Positions 11,880 through 22,649 of a DNA stretch of 36,149 nucleotides are shown piece after piece. The notes beneath the pieces were generated by a model. The model had not been told where the DNA came from and did no database searches. It saw nothing but the letters and a program-made list of their open reading frames with translations. The stretch is from Octopus bimaculoides (taxonomy: Eukaryota). The first letter of the stretch is position 1. Each line of letters opens with the position of its first letter. The DNA is taken from contig NC_068984.1 in assembly GCF_001194135.2 (NCBI RefSeq), positions 113,989,144 through 114,025,292 on the forward strand, read 5' to 3'. A program made the position numbers and the translations under genes.

Positions 11880-12063
11880 TATTGGTTCCAAATGTTGGTA
11901 CAAGGACAGCCATTTCGTGGGAAGGGTTAAGTCGATTACAACGACCCCAGTGTTCGATATCGAAAGAATGAAATGCAAAGTCAACCCCGGCTGAATTTGA
12001 ACTCAAAACCCAATTAAACATTTTGCCCGGCATTCCTAACGATTCTGCCAACTCGCTGCCTTA
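11880..12063 (-). mobile_element. Degenerate SINE family A
   Basis: gtcgattacaacgaccccagt...gcaaagtcaaccccggctgaatttgaactc...gattctgccaactcgctgcctt. Confidence 0.8.
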
Positions 12064-12143
12064 ATTAGCTATCAAATGTTAACTAATAATGATGTGAATA
12101 ATAATCACATCAATACCTGTATTTATTATTACGGGGGGGGGGG

Positions 12144-12203
12144 AGGCGGAGAGCTGGCAGAATCGTTAGCACACCGGGAAAATGCTTAGCGGTATTTCGT
12201 CCT
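12144..12203 (+). mobile_element. SINE family A head only
   Basis: ggcggagagctggcagaatcgttagcacaccgggaaaatgcttagcggtatttcgtc. Confidence 0.8.
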
Positions 12204-12529
12204 CTATTCGCTCATGCTTGTTTTCAAGATTTTTAGTCAGCCCTTGTTTCATACGTTCTAAGTAATATAAAACTCTCCGTTCATAAGTCCCAAGTTGCTC
12301 TGGTGCTTGACAAAAACTGAGAATGTGCATCACATATGATGTACAGACGCCATATGTCCTCTGTATCATATGCGGTATACAGACAGGCAAAAAGTTAAAT
12401 GATTTTTAAGTGTTATTGAACATTCTTATGTCTTGGTTACACGGTGATCGTTTAATAAATTCTATATGGTGATCGTTAACAAATTCTGTAGCACAATTTT
12501 GTTTTTTAATATAATTACGAAATATATCA

Positions 12530-12875
12530 TCTATAATAATAAAAGGAAATTCTGTCTGTCAGTCTGGGACCAGTATCTCGGCCTACATTTCCTCTAGAAT
12601 CAGAATGATCCTGGGATTGAAAATCTGCCCTTCGTTTGGTTCTTGAACATATAGCCCTGTGATCTGATTCAAAAGCATTTGGGTTGCTATTTCTAGTAGG
12701 TAAAGCTTGGCTGATTCATGCCATCTTGGTTGGAGTTTGTCAGCTGACGTCAGAGATCAGGTGGAGATAAATGACATTCGCTTCGTCGACATAAGAACTT
12801 TGGGACAGATTGGCCCAATGAGCCGTTCGCAGAAGCTAGGTTAAAAGTACACCCGGAGTGCGGCTTTTACGCTAA
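12530..12875 (+). mobile_element. Probable non-autonomous Helitron relic
   Basis: Starts A|TCTATAATAATAAAAGGAAATTCTGTCTGTC, a Helitron-type 5'-TC end followed by a microsatellite-like tract. Ends with a small GC hairpin (ccg-gagtg-cgg) and CTAA|T (decayed CTAG); A^T insertion context. Confidence 0.45.
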
Positions 12876-13152
12876 TTATTACTATTTTTTAAAAGTTCAA
12901 TAGAACAATTATGTTCTTTTATCATTATAATGAATATTTTATATTCGTAATAATGAACATTTTATATTTCATATAATATATGATATATATATATATATAT
13001 ATATATATANNNNNNNNNNNNNNNNNNNNNNNNNNNNNNNNNNNNNNNNNNNNNNNNNNNNNNNNNNNNNNNNNNNNNNNNNNNNNNNNNNNNNNNNNNN
13101 NNNNNNNNNNNNNNNNNNNNNNNNNNNNNNNNNNNNNNNNNNNNNNNNNNNN

Positions 13153-13192
<40 letters not shown>

Positions 13193-13218
13193 TATCATTA
13201 TTATTAGTATTATTATTA

Positions 13219-13253
<35 letters not shown>
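13153..13253. repeat. (CAT)n(ATT)n microsatellite
   Basis: Direct reading. Confidence 0.95.
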
Positions 13254-13710
13254 GAGTGAGAGAACACCGCATGTCATCAAAGTGACACTGGGATACAAAT
13301 ATTCGAAGCCCAATACACCCATCATGACTACCCGGCTGATAAGGGTATACCAGGCACATACATCACAACTACATGTGTGTGACTTGGTGATCTCACATCA
13401 AGATAAACAATGCATGAACTTGCAGGTAAGGCCCAGTTAGAAGTCGAGTAGCCCTTCCTGCTCAAAAGGTCCCTGAATGAGGGTTGTTTAAGGATAATGA
13501 ACGAAACACACATGTTTCCAGAGGTGAATTATTCAGACCCCAAAGAATTCCTCTCAACACATGGCTATGATGTTTCCACCACTACTTCTGCTCGTGATCA
13601 GAGATGCACATATCATCAGCCAACTGGTTATGGTCAAACAACTGACAAGCAAATCTGTGGTATTGAGCAGAATATTTGCTGTAGCCCATCTTTTATACCA
13701 AGACAAAACA
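13254..13710 (-). mobile_element. Unclassified non-coding retroposon-like element with (AAT)n(GAT)n tail
   Basis: About 450 bp complex sequence abutting a trinucleotide tail at its minus-strand 3' end; no ORF with recognisable motifs. Resembles a dispersed octopus repeat from memory; single copy here. Confidence 0.45.
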
Positions 13711-14301
13711 TGTACATGATAACACATATTTGTATTTATATTTAAAGTCTATATACATATATTTACTGTGAAAGGGGGGAAAGCAGTCGATTAAATGCAC
13801 TTTCATATATTAATGATATTTTGTTTTCTTAACTCAGCGACGTTGGTGGACCTTAAAATCAATACGTATTGGATTATGTATGTCATGTATGTACTCCGAC
13901 GAACTACAATTAAACTGACTTGTTGAAAGAAGGCGGTGATTACACCTGCAATAATTAGCTCTGTGCATTTATCGTGTGTCACTCTCACCAGATGTGGCAA
14001 TACGTGGTTGTCAAAAGATAAATAAATGGCTGGGTGCGCGTGAGGGAAGAAAAACGAAAGTGAGTAGGAGGGTGAGGTGCTTATCTACTACACTGCACCG
14101 GAGTAGCAAACTGGTAGAGAGTTAGAGAATTAAAATTAGATTTATTTGGAGTATGAAGCGTAAGAACGCTTAAAGTGGTTAGCATGATGGAGATAAAACA
14201 CAGCAGTTTGTGATGTAATTCAAACAGGATATTACATTATTCATTTCCATATATGTATGTATGTATGTATGTATGTTTGTGTTACTTAAATATATGCACA
14301 C

Positions 14302-14337
<36 letters not shown>

Positions 14338-15156
14338 NNNNNNNNNNNNNNNNNNNNNNNNNNNNNNNNNNNNNNNNNNNNNNNNNNNNNNNNNNNNNNN
14401 NNNNNNNNNNNNNNNNNNNNNNNNNNNNNNNNNNNNNNNNNNNNNNNNNNNNNNNNNNNNNNNNNNNNNNNNNNNNNNNNNNNNNNNNNNNNNNNNNNNN
14501 NNNNNNNNNNNNNNNNNNNNNNNNNNNNNNNNNNNNNNNNNNNNNNNNNNNNNNNNNNNNNNNNNNNNNNNNNNNNNNNNNNNNNNNNNNNNNNNNNNNN
14601 NNNNNNNNNNNNNNNNNNNNNNNNNNNNNNNNNNNNNNNNNNNNNNNNNNNNNNNNNNNNNNNNNNNNNNNNNNNNNNNNNNNNNNNNNNNNNNNNNNNN
14701 NNNNNNNNNNNNNNNNNNNNNNNNNNNNNNNNNNNNNNNNNNNNNNNNNNNNNNNNNNNNNNNNNNNNNNNNNNNNNNNNNNNNNNNNNNNNNNNNNNNN
14801 NNNNNNNNNNNNNNNNNNNNNNNNNNNNNNNNNNNNNNNNNNNNNNNNNNNNNNNNNNNNNNNNNNNNNNNNNNNNNNNNNNNNNNNNNNNNNNNNNNNN
14901 NNNNNNNNNNNNNNNNNNNNNNNNNNNNNNNNNNNNNNNNNNNNNNNNNNNNNNNNNNNNNNNNNNNNNNNNNNNNNNNNNNNNNNNNNNNNNNNNNNNN
15001 NNNNNNNNNNNNNNNNNNNNNNNNNNNNNNNNNNNNNNNNNNNNNNNNNNNNNNNNNNNNNNNNNNNNNNNNNNNNNNNNNNNNNNNNNNNNNNNNNNNN
15101 NNNNNNNNNNNNNNNNNNNNNNNNNNNNNNNNNNNNNNNNNNNNNNNNNNNNNNNN

Positions 15157-15198
<42 letters not shown>

Positions 15199-15892
15199 TA
15201 TACGTATATATGTTTGTAAACGTGTGCCTCGACGTATATGTGTATACAGATGTATGATTAAGTATATTTGATTATATGTGCAATATGCATATATGCATAT
15301 ATGAGTGTCTGTGTGTATGAATGTATGCATACGTACGGCTAGATACTTGTGTATGTATATGTATATATACATGTGTACGTGTGTGTGTGTGTGCGTGTGT
15401 GTGTGTGTGCGTGTGTGTGTGTGTGTGTGTGTTTGTGTTCTTAGGAGGGACGGTGACAGTCCAAGTTTCTTTAACCCTTTAGTCTGTCTTATCTGTACGA
15501 CTTTCTTGAGTGTAGTTTTTCTTTTAATGTTTTGTTTTTTTATTTTTTTTATTTTGTATAACCATACATGATTCCTGATCACTGGTTTGAGGTAAAAACT
15601 AATTAAGATAGCAACTTGAAAAATAGTTAGTTTTGAAATGATCGCCCTCCGTCTGTAAGACTCGCTTTTTCTGATTACAGTAACAGCAAATAAATACATG
15701 TAGCTAATTATTACAAATGTAATTCTGTGTGTGTATGTGTGTGTGTGTAGTGTTTATATAACTTAACTTAGACAACATGGGCTGACTGTTGCTATGAGAC
15801 AGTTTTAGTTACATTTTAACTTACGATGCATAAATTTATGCAAATTAAAGTTCATATTTATTAGCCTCTTTTTTAAGAAAATGAATTATATT

Positions 15893-16107
15893 CTTTTTAC
15901 TCTAGGCACAAGGCCCGAAGTTTTTAGGGAGGGGTCCAGTCGATTAGATCGGCCTCAGTACGCAACTGGTACTTAATTTATCGACCCTGAAAGGATGAAA
16001 GGCAAAGTCGACCTCGGCGGAATTTGAACTTAGAACGTAAAGACAGACGAAATACCGCTAAGCATTTCACCCGGCGTACTAACGTTTCTGCTAGCTCGCC
16101 GCCTTTA
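15893..16107 (-). mobile_element. Full-length SINE family A with 9-bp TSD
   Basis: TSD aattatatt at 15884-15892 and 16108-16116. Confidence 0.92.
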
Positions 16108-16314
16108 AATTATATTGAAAGGAAAATAATCTTCCAATAGAAAAGCTAGAAGATATTAAATCCGATGTCGAAAAGCTTATACACCATATGTGTGTGTGCG
16201 CGTGCGTGTGTGAAGGTGTATGAACCGGTAGTTAAGATGTTGGTCTAACGAACATAATGTCGTCAGTTAGCTCCTGTCGTCCAGGAAGTGTGATGAGACC
16301 TAAAGCAAGGCATT

Positions 16315-16367
16315 TCATTTAACATTACTCCAGTCGAGGCATGTCATTTAACATTACTCCAGTCGAG
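16315..16367. repeat. Exact 24-bp direct duplication (period 29)
   Basis: tcatttaacattactccagtcgag at 16315-16338 and 16344-16367. Confidence 0.9.
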
Positions 16368-16517
16368 TCGACTGAAAATGAATACCAGTATAGTGCTGGT
16401 GCATCCCTCTTTCCCCTAGCTGTCACATGGCAACGTCAAATACTTCGGTTTTCGAATGGCAACGTCCTCTCATATAGACATATGATGCATAAAAGCAGAC
16501 AGTTAGACACGTTGATA

Positions 16518-16845
<328 letters not shown>

Positions 16846-17866
16846 AAGGAGGGAACGGCGGCTCATTTATGAATTTTCCTATGAGAAAATTCATTTATTG
16901 CCAGGAATAATTCCACAGTAAATAAACAGACTCCCTTGAAGCTGGTGGGAAAACAATTTTGAGATCTTAGCGATCGTTGCACATGAAATATTTATTTGCC
17001 AAAGACCAACATTAACTGAGATCAAACTGTATCTAATCCGAATCGATTGTCATTGAATTTCATTTCAGATACTTCTAAATGTTGTTATCTTTTGAGTGAA
17101 TACATAAGCGTCAAAGTGAGTTTTTCATTCATGTTATACAACATGGATGTTCTAAGTATGAAATGAAGGTGGAACAGATAAACTAGGTTTCGATTTTCTT
17201 GGAACAAGTGTACTTTCCACTGTAAATATGTGTACGTATGAGTGCCTGGGTGGTATGGATGTGAAGAATAACAACGAGAAATTCAAATTAGAAATGGAAG
17301 GTATACTTAACGAGTTTGTGACTTAAGAACACAGATATTTAAACTTGCTGTAAAAAAAAAAAAGCAGATGCTGTATTTAATAGCGAAATTTTTTAGGATG
17401 AAATACACCTCAGGGTATTCATCTGTCCTTCTAAATTCGAATCCATAGTAATCAGTATAAATACTTGTTGTTAGGCGAAGAAGCCGCACCCTTTTTGGAA
17501 TTAAACACATAGAATCAAAAGAAATAGAAAAAAATCGGGATAACGGCGGGCAATCTCAGAAATGAGTCCTGCGAGGTGGAGTGGAAGCTGCAGCGTGTGT
17601 CATTGGTCATTCTCTGCGGCAACGCCATCACAGTTATGATGACCGCGGGATATGGTTGAGCATATTATTTGTTCTGGCGGGTGTGGCCCATTACCCTCTC
17701 CCCTCCATCTTCTGCTGCATAGTTTCCCCCCTCTTTTCCTTTTCTTTCTGTTTCTTTTTTTTTTTCTTTGTATGCAAATGTTATAATTTAAAATGTGACC
17801 AGTTGGTTTAATAAATAAGTGGGAATTTTTTGAAATTGTAAATTACCTGTAAATTACAATAGCAGT

Positions 17867-18260
17867 GTGGAGGCGCAATGGCCCAGTGGTTAGGGCAGTG
17901 GACTCGTGATCATAGGATCGCAGTTTCGATTCCCAGACCGAGCGTTGTGACTGTTTATTGAGCGAAAACACCTAAAGCTCCACGAGGCTCCGGCAGGGGA
18001 TGGTAGCGAATCCTGCTGTACTCTTTCACCACTACTTTCTCTCACTCTTACTTCCTGTTTCTGTTGTGCCTGTAATTCAAAGGATCAGCCTTGTTACACT
18101 GTGTCACGCTGAATATCCCCGAGAACTATGTTAAGGGTACATGTGTCTGTGGAGTGCTCAGCCACTTGCACGTTAATTTCACGAGCAGGCTGTTCCGTTG
18201 ATCGGATCAACTGGAACCCTCGTTGTCGTAAGCGACAGAGTGCCAACAACAACAACAACA
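17867..18260 (+). mobile_element. Full-length tRNA-derived SINE family B with (AAC)n tail and 11-bp TSD
   Basis: Pol III A box tggcccagtgg and B box gtttcgattcc. TSD acaatagcagt at 17856-17866 and 18261-18271. Near-identical to 25845-26242. Confidence 0.95.
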
Positions 18261-18544
18261 ACAATAGCAGTTCACCTAAAGAGGGTTTTTGCCAAGAACT
18301 GATTTGTTGTCTCTTCTTATGATCCCGCGTGACGAACTCACTGAACTCTCATTCTCTTTTCCATATTTTCGAGTGATACCTACCCCCATCTGTTAGCAAC
18401 AACCAATTACGTGTCTGTCGACCGTAAGTGAAGTGAAAATCAGAAAGGTGTGCCCTACTGTAAATATCAAGAACCACAAAAGAGCCAGCTTTTGTGATGC
18501 TTATGGTACGGTTATTGTTTTTACTTATGATGTTGCTGTTAATT

Positions 18545-18775
18545 GTACAGATTCCCGATTACATTACTGTCAACGAACGCCAGGCCCTTCACAAATACAT
18601 TGGGCAAAATATTGAAGTCTGCATTCAGCAGAGTTATGGGTTGGAAATTTTCGACCACATCCCCCTTGTTCGCATCCTTTATCAGAAGCATTACTACCAC
18701 CACCCTACTCCGTCTCACAGAACTTTACCTGTGGTTTATCTACAATTTATTGCAGAAACTAACAAGCAACTGTAA
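18545..18775 (-). mobile_element. L1/Tx1-clade LINE reverse-transcriptase fragment
   Basis: Minus frame reads SRVVVVMLLIKDANKGDVVENFQPITLLNADFNILPNVFVKGLAFVDSNVIG, matching the L1/Tx1 RT motif N-[FWY]-R-P-I-[TS]-L-L-N-x-D-x-K-I-L-A-K. Confidence 0.75.
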
Positions 18776-19073
18776 AGAAACTCGTATTTTTCAATACAAA
18801 TAAAAAGAAAACTAACTTAAAATAATACCAAACTTATTTAAAAATAAATTAATTTTGTTCACAGACAAACTAATAAGTAACAAAACACGACTGAGTAAAA
18901 ATCATAATCTAAAAGAAGTTTCCCAGCCAAGGAAATAATGAATTTCTTTATCAGAATGTAGACTGAATTTCCTAGTGTGCATTTACTGCGTTAACGATAC
19001 GAAAATAACGTTTCACGCGGTTCAGAAGTAGTGTTCTCTCAAAAGGCTGATCCTACTTTGAAGAATTAACATC

Positions 19074-19214
19074 AAAGTGAATCTCAAAGAAACGATAAAG
19101 AAAATGAAGGAGAAAAAAACAGTGAACGCTGATCAACTTAAGCATTTACTGCTACACACGGACAAACAGCTCTACGAAAAAATGGAAAAATTAATAAATG
19201 TATTAGAGTCCTGA
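19074..19214 (+). mobile_element. Possible very old LINE RT domain-0 fragment
   Basis: KVNLKETIKKMKEKKTVNADQLKHLLLHTDKQLYEKMEKLIN loosely fits the E..AIK.MK..KA.G.D...E.LK......KL.N pattern upstream of LINE RT. Could instead be a host exon or chance. Confidence 0.3.
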
Positions 19215-19693
19215 AAGAAATTCTGTCTCTGAAATCAAACCACCTGGATAATTTGATCTATTAAGTAGTAGTGGTGATATTATAGAGAGAAACAAGACTT
19301 TATCCTTATGGAGTTTAATCTTCAGCCAACAAATTCTGCATGTGCTTATCTTGTTTTCAACGAAAGTGTCGTGACACCTACCTGGCAAACAATGCAATCG
19401 TTTCTAGAGAAAATTTAAGAATGAAAAAATAGAAGAGCTTTTATAGAATATCTGTTATCATATTAACCTATAGCATACTGCATTTTCTCAAGAATTATTT
19501 CCCCTACCACTGCCCTGTTACTACAGGAGAAGAAAACTCATACGGTGACATGATGTATATACAGTATGCTAAAGGTTAAACAATTACAGCAGTTTGTTCA
19601 ACATATTGTGGATTAGTAAAACGCTAAAACTCATGCATTGACGACTACGGAATAAATATATTATCCCATCTTGTATTATAATCATAAAAGAAT

Positions 19694-19858
19694 TAGATAG
19701 ATAGATAGATACATACATACATACATACATACATACATACATGCATGCATGGACGGACGGACGGACGGACGGACAGACAGACAAACAGACAAACAGACAG
19801 ACAAATAGACAAACAGACAGACAAACAAAGGGACAGACAGACAGACAGACAGACAGAC

Positions 19859-19919
<61 letters not shown>
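19694..19919. repeat. Compound (AGAT)(TACA)(GGAC)(AGAC)(AGAT) microsatellite
   Basis: Direct reading. Confidence 0.95.
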
Positions 19920-19920
<1 letters not shown>

Positions 19921-20214
19921 AACTTCAAGACACCTGGAGCGCAAGTCCGTCCCCAGAGAGTGGACTTTTGTGATTTAAATGTTAATAATATAGTTTATAA
20001 AGTAATTGCATTTAAAGTATTAAATATCATACAGCACATCGGTACGTCCAGGTAGCCACATCCTCGTAGACTGTTTTTGTAGCATACTAGACAAGAAGAG
20101 CTTGCTAACCTCTCATTGAAACCTCTTCCATCTCTTGGAGGGAGAAAAACACTATAAGTGTTCCCCAACGACTATCTCACGGCACAACACAGGCGGCTCT
20201 GAGAGAAAGAAAAA

Positions 20215-20220
<6 letters not shown>

Positions 20221-20272
<52 letters not shown>
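20221..20272. repeat. (AG)n microsatellite
   Basis: Direct reading. Confidence 0.95.
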
Positions 20273-20278
<6 letters not shown>

Positions 20279-20984
20279 CGATCGCAACACTTGACTGGGA
20301 CTTGATCAACTCGGAAGTATGAAAGACAAAGACCAATATTTGGTTGATTTAAACTAAGAACGCATAGAACTGTAATGATTACCACAAGGTAATGATCTTG
20401 CACATTGACCATCTTTCATAAAATGGCGTAGACTGCCAAATATATAATTCAAATAGGATTTTCTTTTGTTTAGCCAAATCATTAAACTGTTCTGTAAATC
20501 AGTATTGTACGGTGCTTAAGGCAGCTGTCTTCGTTCTCATGTGGAATTAAACAAGAGATAGCCAAGAGTTTCAATCAATTCTTTGGATGGCCAATGATCC
20601 GCAAGATACACCAGATACATTAGAATACACCTTCAGAATATATTCAGATAATTAGTTTTCGTGTAGTTAACTTGCATTACACAGCTTGCAGCAGGAGAAA
20701 ATCCGAATTAGATATCTTTCATAGGCTAAAGATTAAAATTTGTTGTCTAGTGGGCATCGTTTTATGACAGATTTCTTTAAAGTATGTCTTCTGATCCACG
20801 TAGCAGGGTTAACAAGTGGATCTGTCATGACTGTCATGTTGTCATTTTTCTGTTTACCCATCCTTCAAATCAAATGCAGAGGAGGTAAGGGCAACATCCT
20901 CAGTCATGTATTCGCCAGAAATACTATCAATTAAAATGTTATTATTTATTGACAACTGAATATATAGTGATGGATAAATAGATA

Positions 20985-21230
20985 TATATTCGTAATGTGC
21001 AGCAGTAGTGTTACCTTAAAATAACAAACTTTCTATCGTGCCCAAACCAGATATATCAAGGAAAGCGTAAATGTGTTATTCCTTCAGAGAGAATATCCCT
21101 TATAGACGTACAGTGTTAATAAGCGTTGGAATATATAAGTAGCAGGCGAAAATCGACCAGCAGCCGAGGTGGGTTTGCTGGATACGCATTTCTGCCTCTT
21201 TTGTCTTCGTCAGTAGCAAGTATCAGTAAC
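20985..21230 (-). mobile_element. HHR-bearing repeat unit, copy 1 (inverted relative to copies 2 and 3)
   Basis: Minus strand ttgcta-CTGACGA-agacaaaagaggca-GAAA-tgcgta-TC-cagcaa (21219-21175), then ccacc...ctgctactta...ttaacactgtacgtctataaggga, homologous to 21262-21500. Confidence 0.8.
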
Positions 21231-21240
21231 AACGATTTTT

Positions 21241-21587
21241 TTTCTTAGTATGCGGTTTGTAAGTGAATACTTACTACTGACGAAGCTCAAGACGCAAATG
21301 CACATGAAGGAATGCCACCACAACTGCTGGACTATTTTATTCTGCTACTAATATGTTTTTGTAGGTTTTTTTTAACATTGCACGTCTATAAGAGATACTA
21401 CGTCAGGTTGAATACCGCAGTTAATAACGCTTTTCATGAGGTATCTACTTTAAGTATGATAACAGATTACGTTTTGAAACTAATAATGTTTCTGTTGCTC
21501 ATAATGAATTTTTATTCAGCCAGTCAGCTAACTGCATCGTCAGTGATTTTTCAGTAACTGTTTTATTATATCAATAGAAATGGATTT
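21241..21587 (+). mobile_element. HHR-bearing 346-bp repeat unit, copy 2
   Basis: cttagtatgcggtt...atacttacta-CTGACGA(21277)-agctcaagacgc-aaatgcacat...gaatgccacc...ctgctactaat...ttaacattg...ctttaagtatgata. GAAA is lost. Confidence 0.8.
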
Positions 21588-21815
21588 TGTCTTAGTAAGC
21601 GGTTACCAGTTAATACTTCCTACAGGCGAAGCCCGAAGAGGCAGAAATGTGTATTTAGCAATGCCACCACTGATGCAGGACAATTTTCGTCTGCTACTAA
21701 TTCATTTTTCTGTTTTTAACATTGAACTTTTATGAAATATTGTCTCAGAGCGACTACCCACAGTTGATTAGGCTTTCAATGATGCATCTGCTTTAAGTAT
21801 GATACACAGGATGCT
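21588..21815 (+). mobile_element. HHR-bearing repeat unit, copy 3 (direct tandem, ends at a (TA)n run)
   Basis: cttagtaagcggtt...atacttccta-CAGGCGA(21623)-agcccgaagaggca-GAAA-tgtgta-TT-tagcaatgccacc...ctttaagtatgata. Offset 346 bp from copy 2. Confidence 0.8.
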
Positions 21816-21825
21816 ATGTGTATGC

Positions 21826-21828
<3 letters not shown>

Positions 21829-21913
<85 letters not shown>
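21829..21913. repeat. Long (TA)n microsatellite
   Basis: Direct reading. Confidence 0.95.
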
Positions 21914-21999
21914 TGCAGTGGCGCATGGTGGTTGCTGATGTGTGTGTGTGTGTATATATATACATACATACATACATACATACATGCATACATCGTCAG

Positions 22000-22070
22000 C
22001 ACACACAGCAAAATGCCTGGCAGCATTTCGACCGTCTTTACGTTCTGAATTCTGAGTTCAAATTCCAGAT
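22000..22070 (+). mobile_element. SINE family A head fragment
   Basis: gcaaaatgcctggcagcatttcgaccgtctttacgttctga...gagttcaaattcc. Confidence 0.7.
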
Positions 22071-22171
22071 CTTCCACCAGCTGATTATCGGTGCGACGCT
22101 GCACCCTTTATATACAATATATATTGCTAGGAGGGGGGCGAACCACTACCATCCTCCAGCAGACAACAGGA

Positions 22172-22220
22172 TTGCAAGACTAACACAGTTTCGAGCTGGT
22201 TGGCTCATCCTCAGTCGCAA
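22172..22220 (-). ncRNA. Type I hammerhead ribozyme, near-canonical
   Basis: Minus strand TTGCGA-CTGAGGA-T-GAGC-caacca-GCTC-GAAA-CT-gtgtt-AG-TC^-TTGCAA. Stem I 6 bp (one G-U), stem II 4 bp, stem III 3 bp including A15.1-U16.1, GUC triplet; predicted cut between 22178 and 22177. Confidence 0.75.
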
Positions 22221-22380
22221 GTACCAGGTCACCAGAGTGATGGCTTGAGTCCGCTTCAGCCAGCAATATATTGTAAGCAAATTATATTATATTATGTATT
22301 CTTTTTTCGTACATACTTTATCCACCTATCTATCTAGCAATCTATTAAGCTAGCTAACTGTCTATAATACACTGTCTCTC

Positions 22381-22498
22381 GATGACACACACTATCTCTG
22401 TCTGCATCTTACTCTTCCATACATACACAACACACTCGCTCTCTCTCTCTCCCTCTCTCTTTCTCTCTCTTTCTCTCTCTCTCTCTCTNNNNNNNNNN

Positions 22499-22531
<33 letters not shown>

Positions 22532-22550
22532 ACGCACACACACACACTAT
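22381..22550. repeat. (CT)n/(CA)n microsatellite with small gap
   Basis: Direct reading. Confidence 0.9.
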
Positions 22551-22649
22551 CTATCTATCTCCCAACGTGTCGAAAATAAGTGTTTGTTTTTATATTTCTT
22601 TTTAATAATTCCTATTCTCTCCAGCAATATTTTTGACCCATCGGTCTCA

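Noticed and set aside
12166-12390. Minus ORF with plausible-looking peptide CQAPEQLGTYERRVLYYLERMKQG
   Set aside because: It runs into a SINE head, has no recognised motif and its splice boundaries are unconvincing.
13575-13625. Minus-strand CTGATGA in the unclassified retroposon
   Set aside because: A weak hairpin follows, but there is no GAAA or cleavage triplet in register.
17870-17945. tRNA-like sequences with A and B boxes (also about 26165-26240, 28650-28725 and others)
   Set aside because: They continue into SINE bodies with tails and TSDs and do not form a proper cloverleaf; they are not tRNA genes.
20280-20935. Several exon-like bits (CARSLPCGNH; ISGEYMTEDVALTSSAFDLKDG; GAG|gtaagg donor)
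   Set aside because: Frames close quickly or one splice site is weak, candidates on opposite strands conflict, and no family is recognised.
22131-22272. Plus-strand 142-nt exon-like segment (gctag|[16 protein letters not shown]...|gtaagc), open in one frame
   Set aside because: The splice-like ends coincide with the inverted repeat of the cassette, and the opposite strand holds a complete hammerhead, which explains the sequence better. Not formally excluded; junction reads would revive it.
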